Positions 25,190 to 38,430 of a stretch of 64,000 bases of DNA are shown in pieces. The DNA is from Octopus vulgaris (Eukaryota). The DNA is taken from the NCBI GenBank assembly GCA_951406725.2, contig OX597819.1, positions 30,442,001 to 30,506,000 of the forward strand. The letters run 5' to 3'. The notes under the pieces were generated by a model. The model made no database searches, was not told the DNA's origin, and worked only from the letters and a program-made list of their open reading frames with translations. Each line of letters begins with the position of its first letter. Position 1 is the first letter of the stretch. The position numbers and the translations under genes were made by a program.

Positions 25190-27800
25190 AGAGAGCTGAA
25201 CAGCAGAAGACTCCTGACAATTATTTGCTGCATTCTGCTTGTACAATCTCCTTAAGCACTTGATTGTGTCTCCACGTGTATCTTCCTTAGGCTAATGCTA
25301 CTCTGCAGGAGCTCGGAACATGACCCATTGTCTGCATACTCCGGCAGAGTAGGCCACTCAGGATAATTTGATTTGCCCCACTTCACTAGGTTCATGTTTG
25401 AAGGCAGGAGATAATAAAATGATCTACGAAGAAAACTTATTCTAAGAGGTGCCATGTGTCAAAAGTCGTTACTACTGAAACACTTCTGGAATGAACCTTC
25501 CTACAACGTCTACTGGCCCAGTTTGCTCTACTGTGCTGCCTCCCGGATTCTTATGGCATCCTATTCCTTTTTCACCTCCTGTAAAATCATATCTCACCTC
25601 ATCTTTCCCCTGGTCTCTAACCACCATTCCAGTTGTTGGTATGCCAAGTCCCTGCCTACTGGCCTGGGTGTGTCCCATTATTTCTCTAATCGTACGGCTT
25701 TCCTCTGCTGCATCCACTGCCTTCTGGACTCTCCATTTCCTTCCTGTTTTCAGCTTGGGCTCGATTGGCCTCACGACCTTATCTTTCGAGTCTTCAAGCA
25801 CGTTTAAGAGCCTTGATTTCTCGACTTTGTATTCCTAAATGATGGACTTGAGAGATAGCTTCAGCTTAACATAGCTACAGTAGAGTACAACATCAGTAAG
25901 ATTTGGTGGGACATCAAGCCACTTTTGGTGTACTTGTTTATTTTGATCTCGACATCCCCCACTGTGCTAGTAATGATATTGTAAATTAGCAGAAGCCAGA
26001 GAAGCTTTGAGAAAAACATGAACTGAAAACACCAAACTTTGTATTTGCCAGCGGCAACACTTGTCTTTGACCTACAAGCTTTTTCCTATCATTTGCTTGG
26101 TTTCGTTTCGTATTTTTGTATCTTTCAAGGTTTCGTCGTACCATTGTCCAAGGCTTTTGACTGATTCCTCTGCTACTGTTGGGTTATTCTGGCTGGCTAA
26201 TGTGAATACGACTGTTTCTTCTAATTTCTGTTTCCACAGAGAGAGAGAGGTTCCGGTAATTCTTTGGTTTGTTCCTCAATGTTGATGACGCAACTACCTC
26301 GTCCGACTGTTTCAGTATTCTGCGTGTTTCATCTTCCTTTGTGGAAAGGACTGTAGTGTCGGCCATGAAGACTTTTAGAGATGGCATCTGAAATCCCTCG
26401 CCAAGTTCTATTGAAGCTGACTATCCCACAGCTGCCTTCAGGATGACTGCCATTGCCAACACAAACAGTAAAGGGGAAATTTCACAGCTCATTTCTATGC
26501 CTACTTCCACATACATTCGGACGGTTGTCTACTCTTTGGTCGAGAATCGCATAAAGAAACCACGAAGAATACTTCTTCAACACTTCTCGGATGTTCTTTG
26601 GAAAATGATATGTCTCAAGAACTCGTAGGTGAATCATCTTGTGAGGGACCGAACCGTAGGTATTCGCCAGATTGTACCAGACCACACCAATGCCTCCTTT
26701 TTTTCTGTTCTAGATCTTTGAATTGCCTCGCAAGTAATTAAGGTATGTTCCACACAACCCGACACTCCAGGGATGCCTCCCTTCTGAACTGACACATCAA
26801 GTACTTATTCTCTGTGAGATATTTCGTTAGACTTGCCGTCATAACAGAAGATTTTTCCTTCAACGTTCAGGAGTAATATTGGTTTTAGTTAGCTGATGTA
26901 TACTCCTTCGGCTCTCATCCATTGATCGCTGATCTTCATATTCTTCTATGCTGACCTTATCAGTTTGTGGAGCCACTCAAGAACACTGGAACATTACTTG
27001 TACAGCAGGCAGGGTACTCCGTTTGACCCTGGTTTTCTTATCCCCTTTCCTTACTTCCCCCAGTGTTGGTGGTCTGTCATCGAACAATTATCCTGGCAGA
27101 CATTAGATTGCAAGTGATGTCTCATTCTGGGAGTCTGAATGTTTCCCTATGATGTTGCTCAAGAGCTTCTTTTTCTGGTGTGAGTGTCCCAAACTTTGGC
27201 TACTGGAATAGTTTCCTGGCGAATTGGAAGATCCTGAAGAAAGAATCTCATATCTTTTTCCTTCCTTGCTGTCTCTGCTTTGCTGAGTGTACAATGTCTT
27301 GCTTTGCTGAGTGTACTATGTCTCGCTTTACTGAGTGTACTATGTCTCGTTTTGCTGAGTGTACAATGTCTCGCTTTGCTGAGTGTACCGTCTCACTTTG
27401 CTGAGTGTACAATGTCTCACTTTGCTGAGTGTACTATGTCTCGCTTTGCTGAGTGTACTATGTCTCGCTTTGCTGAGTGTACTGTCTCACTTTGCTGAGT
27501 GTACAATGTCTCACTTTGCTGAGTGTACTATGTCTCGCTTTGCTGAGTGTACTATGTCTCGCTTTGCTGAGTGTACTATGTCTCGCTTTGAGGTCTTTCC
27601 AGAGCTTTTCTAATTCTTGTTTCTCAAATGCCGAAGCAGCTTTCATCTATTCTTTTTTTTTAGATCCCATTTCTTTCTCCGGATGTTATAAGTCTTTCGC
27701 TGGCGTCTGAGTTTTTGGAGAGGTGATTTTTACTTTTAACTTTTTCACTCCATAATATAGTACAACATCCGAAACGTCATCCAGGTGCACTGGTCTAATG
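25190..27800 (-). mobile_element. Decayed HERO-clade (RLE) non-LTR retrotransposon, intron 1
   Basis: QKGGIPGVSGCVEH, WYNLANTYGSVPH, SPLLFVLAM, KVFMAD, KSLGQWYD, KTGRKW..AVDAAE, SRQGLG, LRISFL, HVPSSCRVAL and YTWRHNQVL match HERO-type RT and CCHC motifs. Confidence 0.85.
27278..27585. repeat. 13-unit 24/22-bp minisatellite inside the HERO ORF
   Basis: Unit CTTTGCTGAGTGTACTATGTCTCG. Eleven 24-mers plus two 22-mers give 308 bp. Confidence 0.95.
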
Positions 27801-28006
27801 GAAAAGTTTAATTTTCGCACCTAAAGTTACTTTAGAATATTCAAGAATCTTCTAGGAAAAGCTTATAAGAAAACTCCGAGATTCAGCTTTTCACAGGGAT
27901 ATCTTTTACAGTAGCTCAAAGTTGTGTGTTTTCAGCCTCTCGTTTGATAAGATGATTTTCATCTTCGCTTGGAAATTGTACCTGCCCTAATAATTATACT
28001 CTGATA

Positions 28007-28430
28007 GGCGCAGGAGTGGCTGTGTGGTAAGTAGCTTGCTAACCAACCACATGGTTGCGGGTTCAGTCCCACTGCGTGGCATCTTGGGCAAGTGTCTTCT
28101 GCTATAGCCTCGGGCCGACCAATGCCTTGTGAGTGGATTTGGTAGACGGAAACTGAAAGAAGCCTGTCGTATATATATGTATATATATATATATAAGTGT
28201 GTGTGTGTGTGTTTGTGTGTCTGTGTTTGTCTCCCTAGCATTGCTTGACAACCGATGCTGGTGTGTTTACGTCCCCGTCACTTAGCGGTTCAGCAAAAGA
28301 GACCGATAGAATAAGTACTGGGCTTACAAAGAATAAGTCCCGGGGTCGATTTGATCGACTAAAGGCGGTGCTCCAGCATGGCCGCAGTCAAATGACTGAA
28401 ACAAGTAAAAGAGTAAAAGAGTAAAGAGTA
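28007..28430 (+). mobile_element. SINE family B (GGCGCAGGAGTGGCTGTGTGGTAAG head, CORE-like CTTGGGCAAGT, internal microsatellite)
   Basis: tRNA-like head, internal (TA)n(TG)n, tail GGCGGTGCTCCAGCATGGCCGCAGTCAAATGACTGAAAC followed by (GTAAAAGA)n. Confidence 0.88.
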
Positions 28431-28718
28431 TAAGAAACTTTTCAGCTTTTTCAGCTCTTGTTCTGTAACAATTATTTTGTTTCGTACATAAATTGCATTT
28501 ATCAATTGTATGAAGTGCATATTTAAAAAAAAAAAATGTTCATTGTTATAGATAGAACATGGTAAAAGATCATTTTCTGGTTGCTCAATATTCATCGTGT
28601 TAACATAACTCTTCAACAAATAGTTGAACATGCTTTACGACAAGGAAGTAACAAAGCAATAACAACATTAGAACGAACAGATGATTAAAATTTAGTCACG
28701 TTTTATTGAACAGTTTTC

Positions 28719-29162
28719 GGATCTTTTCGGTTTGACCGGCAGTTTTTTCTAGCGGTGTCATATGAAATTGTCACCCATAATTATGACCCTAGTATCGATC
28801 TATTGCATTTCAATCTGTTTTAGGGTTAGGGTTAGTTAGGGTTACGGTTAGTTAGGGTTAGGGGTGGGGGGAAGGGTATCATTTTTTCTTCACAAATGTA
28901 AATAAACACAATCTGTTTCTTAAACGAGGGACATAGTCATACGGCACATAATGTTTTTTTTACCTCAATAGACGTCAGTGATTGGTTGAAATTGCAGAAA
29001 TTGAAGAAAAAAACAACAAATATCTTACAAACTATAGAATTTTCTCAATAAAGCCAAGAGAAAAAGATGTTTTATAAACACATTCTACCAGTATACGAAG
29101 TTTAATATTTTTTAGTCACCTAGAAATTATGTTAAAAACTGCCGTTCAAACCGAAAAGATCC
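28719..29162 (+). mobile_element. Merlin-like MITE, copy 4
   Basis: Same TIRs, perfect TSD CAGTTTTC, longest TTAGGG/TTAG tract of the family. Confidence 0.92.
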
Positions 29163-29269
29163 CAGTTTTCTTTTTATGTCTTAAAAGTCAAGAATTTTTT
29201 TTGTATTAAAAGTAAAAAAAAAAAGATCATTCTCTGTTAAGGATTCCATATTATATGATATTATTTTCT

Positions 29270-29411
29270 GCTATAGATTTCACTGATGTGATTGTTTATT
29301 TTTAGAATGACATTTTTGGGCAGGTATGAGAGGCCAGCTCTGACCAGTTTGATCACAAAACAAGTAAATTATTTGTACCTGATATAACCGGTCTAATTGC
29401 TAAGGGGTTAA
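29270..29411 (-). mobile_element. piggyBac-type MITE end
   Basis: Minus-strand TTAA|CCCCTTAGCA terminus. The other end is not clear. Confidence 0.35.
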
Positions 29412-29447
29412 ATACCAGTAGTAAATTTGTCAATTTATTACTCATCT

Positions 29448-29830
29448 TACGTTAGCGCGCCGGGCGAAATGTTTAGCGGTATTTTGTCTGTCTTTACGTT
29501 CTAAGTTCAAATTCCGTTGAGGTCGACTTTGCCTTTCATCCTTTCGGGGTCGATAAATTAAGTACCAGTTACGAACTGGGGTCGATGTAATCGACTTAAT
29601 ACCTATGTCTGTCCTTGTTTGTTCCCTCTGTGTTTAGCCCCTTGTGGGTAATAAAGAAATAGGTATTTTGTCTGTCTTTACGTTCTAAGTTCAAATTCCG
29701 TTGAGGTCGACTTTACCTTCCATCCTTTCGGGGGTCGATAAATTAAGTACCAGTTGCGTACTGGGGTCGATCTAATCAACTGGTCCCCTCCCCAAAACTT
29801 TCGGGCCTTGTGCCTAGAATGGAAAAGAAT
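29448..29830 (+). mobile_element. SINE A tandem or nested dimer
   Basis: Two SINE A bodies sharing the junction GGTATTTTGTCTGTCTTTACG. Confidence 0.8.
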
Positions 29831-29958
29831 TTACCACTCAACTGTTACTCTCCTACTAGCAGTAATCTCCCCTTGTCACACCTCTCCTCATTTTTCACAT
29901 GACTTTCTTCACAATCTTACTACTACTCCCAAGTTATTTGTCCACCTCCGTCAGCAAA

Positions 29959-30031
<73 letters not shown>

Positions 30032-31691
30032 CACCGATGTGATCTTCCTGAAATTTGAGACTTCGTTTCTACAGCAATATATTTTATCCCTGTTTGTGAA
30101 GTTTGTGCTCTGTCATTTGCCAACACAGTCCATCGCTTGTTTCTTCCTATTCTACCGTTTCACCACTGACTCAATTATCTACGAGTTCACGTCCTATCAT
30201 CTGCACAATGTGTGCAATTCTCTTGTCCAATACATTGCATTTTTCCTGTCCAATGCGCCTGCAAATAGGTACCATGTAGTAAATACATATTATTGTATAG
30301 TAAGCAACAGGAGCACTGTATGATCATTCAATGTTTCCTTAATTTGCATGAGTGAGCTGAACTTCTATTTAGAGTCAAGAGAATATATCGAATAACCATT
30401 CCACTATTTGCTTTGCACTCGCACCAGACTCAGCATTTTAAATGGATATGTACCGTGATTTTTCTTTCGACCACTGTGTAAGAGGTTGTCCAGAATTATA
30501 TTGCACATTAAACTCATCACAAACAGTTCAAGAAAATCGTCACAGCCTACTTCAGAAAGACAAAAATAATACTTAAAGAATATCTGGGGGGAACAAATCA
30601 AAGAATGGCCATTCGTTTTAGGAACTTTCTAAACGGAATAACGGTTTAGCTATCAAGATCAACAAATAAATCTACATGCGACTGATTATTCTAGAACAGT
30701 CCGTGACAATTTGTGTGTTAACACATCAAATTTTGAACCAGAACGTATTTGTCTAACTCAAATTTCTTCTGGAAAAGTAATCGAGTTCTTTGATTCTTTT
30801 GGCATCCAATTTTCTTAAGTGGGCTAATCAAGAAAACAGTTTACCATCTCTCAATCATTCATAGCATTAATATATTAAGTAGTTTGAAAATACATTTTAA
30901 AGTACATACGATTTTTAATTTTTTTTTTGTTTTCAGAAAAAGAAGAAGAAAAAGCGAATGCGAGAGAGGGGAAGAAAGAATAAAAGCGAGGGGTTAGAAT
31001 ATATCTTAACTATTTGTAACTCTGCTAAAATGTTTTCTTTTTCTTCTTCATGAAAAAATGTACAGATATACATACAAACACGCGTACTCATACACACCTG
31101 ACGCTTTTCACATATTCATATATACATACACACGCAATTACCTGACACATAGCACGCACGTACACACGCGCGCCTCCGCGTACTCACACCGTACGTACAA
31201 ATTACATGCTTGAAAATAACACCAATTTATTGGGTCGAGTTATCTGCTAGCCTTCTCTTTTAAAGTTTCCCATCTGTTTTGCTTTGAGCAAATTACTACT
31301 TACTTAAGCTATAGCAACTAAAGAGTAATGTGAGGTCACTAGCAAAGCTGTCCTACTCTTCTAAACAGAATACACCTAAAACTCTGGATAGAGAAAGAAC
31401 TTTATCGCCACCCGGGGTGCTCAAAGTAAAATCAGAATATTCCTAAAGATTATTAAAAAAAATACCCAGCTAACTTTTATATTAAGACCACCACAAACTG
31501 TTAAATTTTAGAATGCTTATTTCTAAATAGGTACAAGGACACAGCACTTTCTTTTAGAAGGGTAGTCGATTAAATCGATTTCAGTATCTGACAGGTGTAT
31601 ATCATATTTTATTGATCTGTGGGCAGCAATAATGAAAACGGTTAAACATTTCAGTTAAGTGCTTCCTTCCCTCAGCTTTAACGATTAACGT

Positions 31692-31960
31692 CGCCCTTTT
31701 CAAGCCTAGCCAGGCTCATGGGCCCGATTTCCCGGTTTCTGTGGCGTATGTGTTCCCCCCAGCTGGACGGAACGCCAGTCTATCACAGCGTTACTCAAGA
31801 AACAGGAAGAGAGAGTGAGAGAAAGTTGTGGCGAAAGAGTACAACAAGGGTCGCCGCCACCCACTGCCGGAGCCTCGTGGAGCTTTTCGGTCTGGGAATC
31901 GAAACCGCGATCCTCCGACCGCAAGTCCACTGCCCTAACCACTGGGCCATTGCGCCCCCC
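31692..31960 (-). mobile_element. SINE family C variant, tail type 1
   Basis: Head GGGCGCAATGGCCCAGTGGTTAGGGCAG, tail GAAACCGGG...CATGAGCCTGGCTAGG. Confidence 0.8.
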
Positions 31961-32779
31961 ACCCGTCAGCTTTCACTAAGTCATAAATCTGTTAAATAAA
32001 ACAAAGTATAACCAGCAGTAACGACAACACCAAATCAAAAATTATCTTTTTTTTTTTTGGTATTTTTAAGAATTGTAATAGATCCTGTTAGTATCACTGG
32101 CGAGTTATGTAATCACAAATGGTTTTAGAAATGTTCGACAATGCTAAGATACCAACGGCACAGTCGCATGACTCGCTAGAATTAACAGCCAAACATCCCT
32201 CAAACATCACACTACCACTCAATAAGAGAAGGACACACTGGATAATTCAGTCTTGAATTCGTTTTCTTAAGACCGACGGCATTATCATGTCTTGAACTAT
32301 AAACTGTCGCCACAGAAAGGCAAACAGTAGGGTACAGGGAGCAGAAATATCCCTGCACAAAACATACACACATACCAAACAATGAGATGATCTCTATGTA
32401 GTCGTTTGACCTGCCAGAAATAACAGCTAAATTTTTCTTATTACATACATCATATCTTAAAAAAAGAATAACTAGAATTTATCGAATTGTGAAATCTGAG
32501 GAACTGCCAGACAAAACGTTGTGGTTACGTCTGGAAAGCCTTTTGTCAGCCAGAACTTACCTGGGTATAAAACAACATTTTACATGTATTTTTTGTACGT
32601 GAAGTACTGCTTTAATATTTATAAATTTCACATACATGTCTTGTAGCACAACAAAATGTAACACAAAAAATTATATACTGCTGTCATTATCTTCTGATAA
32701 TCCAGCTCCAACAATGACCCTGCCTCGCAGTACTAACAAGAATCAACATAAAAACCTTAAGTACATCAATCATAATATA

Positions 32780-32973
32780 TATTTCTTTACTACCCACAAG
32801 GGGCTAAACACAGAGGGGACCAACAATGGGATTGAGTCGATTACATCGACCCCAGTGCGTAACTGGTACTTAATTTATCGACCTCGAAAGGAATTTGAAC
32901 TCAGAACGTAACGGCAGACGAAATACGGCTACGCATTTCGCCCGGCATGCTAACGTTTCTGCCAGCTCGCCGC
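32780..32973 (-). mobile_element. SINE A with an internal deletion
   Basis: TSD-like TCAATCATAATATA on both flanks. Confidence 0.82.
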
Positions 32974-33614
32974 CCTCTTCAATCATAATATAGAATAACG
33001 AGAAACTAGCCAATATACACCATGTAACATGTAGACCATCATTGGTTCATCAAAAGTACAGGTAACACAAGAGGAGACGCAATAAGACACAACTAAATTC
33101 GCTGTTATATTCAAATACATCCCCCGGCTCTCTGATTATTTCTTTTCCAGATATTTCTTTCTGCCACTCACACTTAGCTATCGCAACCACATGGCAAACA
33201 GCCCCCTGAAATCTTTACTGGCAATCCATCAATTAAACAAAAGATGCATCATACAGCAATGAATATAATACAAATGCTTTCAAAAATTTTTTTTAATGCT
33301 CAGTGGAACTGTTGGCATCAAGAAACAGAACTACAGTTGTCAGAATTCAACAACACCTCTTTATCACACGCATAGATACTGCAGTACAGAAATAAAATTG
33401 TAGTCAAATTACACAACTGAACTAGTCATACTGATAACAAGTAAAGATATCTTCAAAAACAACACACATCAAAGCAATGAAGTTCAGTTACAAGGGAATA
33501 AGAAAACTAAACCATAAAACAGAAAACTGCCAAGCATTTGTATCCAACAAAGAACAGAAGAAACTAAAGAAACACCCCTAAGTACCATATAGTTACCACA
33601 ATCACATAAAGCTC

Positions 33615-33683
33615 GCAAAAGCTCGCTCGATCTCGATTTTCAGTACGAATACGGACCACGAAAGCGTGGCCCATCGATCCTTT
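33615..33683 (+). rRNA. Isolated ~69-nt 28S rRNA fragment (non-functional)
   Basis: GCAAAAGCTCGCTCGATCTCGATTTTCAGTACGAATACGGACCACGAAAGCGTGGCCCATCGATCCTTT resembles the conserved eukaryotic LSU segment GCAAAAGCTCGCTTGATCTTGATTTTCAGTACGAATACAGACCGTGAAAGCGGGGCCTCACGATCCTT (recalled, not aligned by tool). Confidence 0.8.
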
Positions 33684-33739
33684 CCACATGGTAAACACTC
33701 CAAATCAAACTCACATGAGTGTGTGTATGTGTGTGTGTA

Positions 33740-34142
33740 TTCTTTTATTTGTTTCACTCATTTGACTGCAGCAATACTGGAGCACCACCTTGAAGGGTCT
33801 TTTAGTCGAAGAAATCAACCCCAGGACTTATTTCTTAAGCCCAGCACTTAGTCTATCGATTTCTTAGGCCGAATTGCTAAGTCACGGGCACGTAAACACG
33901 CCAATACCGGTTGTCAAGCGGAGATCGGGACAAGCACAGACACAAAGACACACACGCAGATTTATACGTATATATATATAGGACGGGCTTCTTTCAGTTT
34001 CCGTCTACCAAATCTGCTCACAAGGCTTTGGCTGGTCCGATGATATAGTAGAAGACACTTGCTTAAGGTGCCACGTAGTGCAACTGGACCCGGAACTATG
34101 TGGTTGGGAAGCAAACTTCTTAGTACACAGCCACGCCTGCGC
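33740..34142 (-). mobile_element. SINE family B
   Basis: Diverged full copy, followed by TA/CA microsatellites to about 34650. Confidence 0.8.
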
Positions 34143-34351
34143 TCATATGTGTGTGTATGAGTGTGTGGGTGTGTGTTTGTGTGTGTGTGTGTATGCGCGC
34201 GTATATGCATGTGTATGCATATAAATATAAGATATATATAATTATACATTTACATATATATGCATATATATACACACACATACACAAACATATATATGTA
34301 TATATGTACGTTTACATATACATGTTTATATACACACACATACACACACAC

Positions 34352-34395
<44 letters not shown>

Positions 34396-35693
34396 GTGTG
34401 TGTGTGTCTGTGTGTATGTGGAGTACTCAGCCACTTGCACACGTTAACCTCACGAACAGGCTGTTCCGTTGATCGAATCAGCTGGAACCCTCGTCGTTGC
34501 AAGCGAATGTACCAGTTATATATTTGTGTTTGTGTGTGTGTATGTGTGTGTATGTGTGTGTTCGTGAGTGCGTGTGTATATGTGTGTGTGTGTGTGTGTT
34601 TATATATACTATATACTAATATATATATATTATATGTGTATCTATAAAATAATATGTCACAATTACTCAATAGTCAAGATAAATCTCTGAGTTTCAGATG
34701 CCGAAGTGGAAATCCACAACACCATCTCTTTGGTTATCTGGCCATCTGAAAAAACGCTATGAAAAAATACCGTTATATGTGTATGTATGTAGTGTTTATG
34801 CGCCTGTTTAAGAAGTAGAGAATTAATGACGTAAATACTATGGAGTAGTTGGAACTCGTAGCCAAAATCCTTACGAGGTTTATTAGGAAACTTCCTCAAC
34901 TACTTTATAGCGATAAGCGCAACTTAGATATATACGGGTACTTGAATACCTCTGACCTCATTTAATAGTTAATATACATAGAATGTATGAACGTGTGGAG
35001 TGCAATGCGGCCATAATTTTCCAGTGTGTGAAACTAAGTTGGGAATTCACAACTAACTAATTAAGCTACGCTAGCAAATTGACTCCTATAATATCTGGAT
35101 ATTTAATTGGTTTCTCTAAAGAAAAAAAATAACGAAGCATCACTAGAATCATGAAACTATTTCGGCTGTAGACATCCCATTGTGCACTTGGTAAAATGTT
35201 TTCTGTGGTAATAATATGTCTAACACCAGTAAGCTGTATTATTATCCCACTTTCTATCTTTCGTTTTCATTTCTTTTTCTCTCTGTCTGTTTTCCTTTCT
35301 TTCTTCCTTTTTTTCTTCCTTCCTTTCTTTCTTTCTCTTTTTTACACCAGCGTTCCCCTTCATTTTTCACTAAAAAACAGCACATTGTAGTTGGAAATAA
35401 GTACTGTTATTAACGAACGAAGTTTGAGCAGCAAAGGTGGCTGTGATAGAAGCGCTCCCCTGATTAAACACATTATTTCATTTCAGTACTATGGGCTCAA
35501 ATCTCGATTAGATCAAATTAGCTTTTTTGCATCTCTGGGTTTGACAAAACATGTTGCAATTGTATCAACTTACTGCTGGTTTTTCCTTTGAATTTGAACA
35601 ACTGACTCTATGACTAAGTAAGAAAGCGTTGCTTACGAATTTTAGAGACTGATTTGTGTAAATAGTAGTGAACCAGTTTCGATACTTTGTAAT

Positions 35694-36545
35694 ATTCCTT
35701 TCTACTATAGGCAAAAGGCTTGAAATTTTGGGGTATGGGGCCAGTCGATTACATCGACCTCAGTGCTCAACTGGTTCTTACTGTACCGACTTCGAAGGGA
35801 TGAAAAGCAAAGCTAACCCCGACGGGTCAATTGATTTGAAGTTAGGGCGTAAAGTATTTTGCCCAACACACTGATGATTCCGGCAGTTCACAAACTTCTC
35901 GATACTTCAAAATATCGGTTTCAAATTTTGGCACAAGGCCAGCAATTTGGGCGGAGGTGGGTGGGTTTAGTTGATTACATCGACCCCAGTGTTCAACTGA
36001 TACTTATTTTATCGACCTCGGTAAGATGAAAAGCGAAGTCGACCTCGGCGGAATTTGAACTCAGAACGTAGAGCCGGACGAAATACCTATTTCTTTATTA
36101 CCCACAAGGGGCTAAACACAGAGGGGACAAACAATGACAGACATAGGTATTAAGTCGATTACATCGACCCCAGTGCGTAACTGGTACTTAATTGATCGAC
36201 CCCGAAAGGATGAAAAGCAAAGTCGACCTCGGCGGAATTTGAACTCACAACGTAACGCAGACGAAATACCGCTCAGCATTTTGCCCGGCGTTGCTAACGA
36301 TTCTGCCAGCACACCACCTTCGATACTTTCATAATAATCCTTTGTACAATAGGCACAAAGCCTGAAATTTTCAGGGAGGGGAATAGTCGATTGCATCGAC
36401 CCCAGTACTCAATTGGTACGTATTTTACCGACCCCGAAAGGATGAAAGGCAAAGTCGACCTCGGCGGAATTTTAACTCTGAATGTAAAGTGGACGAAGTG
36501 CCGCTCAGCATTTTGCCCGGCATTACTAGCGATTCTGCCAGCTTG
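35694..36545 (-). mobile_element. Cluster of about four tandem or nested SINE A copies of different ages
   Basis: Repeated ACATCGACCCCAGT...GAAAGGATGAAAAGCAAAGTCGACCTCGGCGGAATTTGAACTC, separated by a recurring TTCGATACTTT spacer. Confidence 0.85.
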
Positions 36546-37737
36546 CTCTCTTCGATACTTTCATAATATTAAAAGTGTAAAGTAAGATAATGTGGAAGAA
36601 AGGAATGAATATCTTTATAGTGTATTTTGGCATTTACTTGCAATTCTTTACGTTCTATGTTTAAATCCCTTTTATTCTTGTGGATTGTTTGAAGGAAATA
36701 CGTGGCTAGTAGGGTATAATTAAAGCAATTTTACTCTTAAATGTGAGGCGTCGTGCCATATTTAAAAATCAATATTAAAAGTGTGGTTCCTCAAATATTG
36801 TTTGATTGTGCTAACCTTTCAAATATATGACATTAATTAGTTAAGTAACAATACTAGCAATTAAAAATGTGGAATAAAGTTACTTGGTTATGCAGCTTTC
36901 CCTTTCAAGGAAAAGGCCTTTGCAGCTTGGCAAAATCAAACATTGTTAACGAAGTTTGTCGAGCACGATAGAGTAAATATGGGCTTTTGTGTTACATCGC
37001 TAATGTAGTCAGCTTCCACTAAAACATCGAGACTTTGAATTTAAAGGTGGACTAATTATTTATAAAATATATTGAGGATGCTGATTGAAAACATTTCATC
37101 TGGCTCGCTAATATTTGAGTAGAAAACATGAAAATCAGACCTTGAATTTGTTAAATATAAGAAAACGGACCGAACTCTTATGTTATCAAGCAGCTTCACG
37201 ATTTGACCAGAGGTAACTCTCTATATTGAAGTGTTATTCATCAACCCCTACCTTCGCCCAGTCTTGGATCTTGCTGAATTTTAATTTAGACAATAAAAAG
37301 GACTTAAAGAGTTAATCAAATATTACCAAAGCTCTTCTCTCATGAGTATAAAGAGTATAAATTTATAGATCAACGAAACTTCATCTTAGAACACTGAAGC
37401 CCCGAATTAGACACTGTAAATCTTCTAATCCTGCTTATTATCGCTTAAATAATTTCTACTACTTTCCCCGTTACACAATAATAGATAAAAAGCTATATAA
37501 CTGTAACGCATCACTACACTAGAGTGGTTGCATTAGCTGTAATTATCTAACCAAATTGTTACACAACAGTTGATTGTCCTTACTATTAAATTGTAAGAAT
37601 ATTTTTGCTACTGACTCACGAGCCACTATACAATTTACTAAATTGTCGAAAGTTGTACCACGGATCGATGCGAAACTATAAGGCAATCTTTCGTTTTGAC
37701 TCGAATACCTGTGCGCGCAGCTCAGCTTTTACCTTAT

Positions 37738-38176
37738 GGCGTTCGGTAAATTCCGTAAAAAGTTTTTAATTATTTATTTTTGTAGGTGGAAATTGATACT
37801 TTCTTTGAAGTCGAACATATAGTGAGAGAGAGAGAGAGGAAATAGACATGGACTTGTGTTGATGGGGGGTGCGAGTCAGAAAGTGTGTGTTGTGTCTGAG
37901 TGTAAGTGAGAGAGAGAGATGGAGAGTGACCGCGTACATTTATTTATTTTTTTTTCTCACATTTTTTCTTAGTGAATGTGTGAGTGATTGATTGAGAGAG
38001 AGAGAGAGAGAGAGAAGTAAATAAATAAGTAAAATTCAAGCTATCACTCTCTCTCTCTCTCTCTCTCTGTCAATCACATAGACAGAGAGAGAGAGAGAGG
38101 GAGGCGCAGGAGTGGCTGTGTGGTAAGAAGCTTGCTTCCCAACCACATGGTTGTATGTATGTATGTATGTATGTAC

Positions 38177-38216
<40 letters not shown>

Positions 38217-38231
38217 GCTATCACTCTCCTC

Positions 38232-38269
<38 letters not shown>

Positions 38270-38430
38270 ACACATTTTCTGTCTCGCTCCTCCCCCACCA
38301 TCAACACATACACAAGTCCACGTCCATTTCCTCTCTTTTTCACTTTATGCTGACTTCAAAGCTGAAAATGTCTATTTCCATCCACAAAAATAAATAAAAA
38401 TAAAATTTTTTACGGAATTTACTAAATACT
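37738..38430. mobile_element. Long-TIR foldback/MITE with ~190-bp imperfect inverted arms and a SINE B head inside
   Basis: 37738-37936 is the reverse complement of about 38214-38430 (GTAAATTCCGTAAAAA...GGACTTGTG...GAGAGTGA). No clear TSD. Confidence 0.75.

Noticed and set aside
27278-27585. CRISPR-like appearance of the regular 24-bp repeats
   Set aside because: The units are contiguous with no unique spacers, no cas genes are present, and the unit is part of a retrotransposon ORF.
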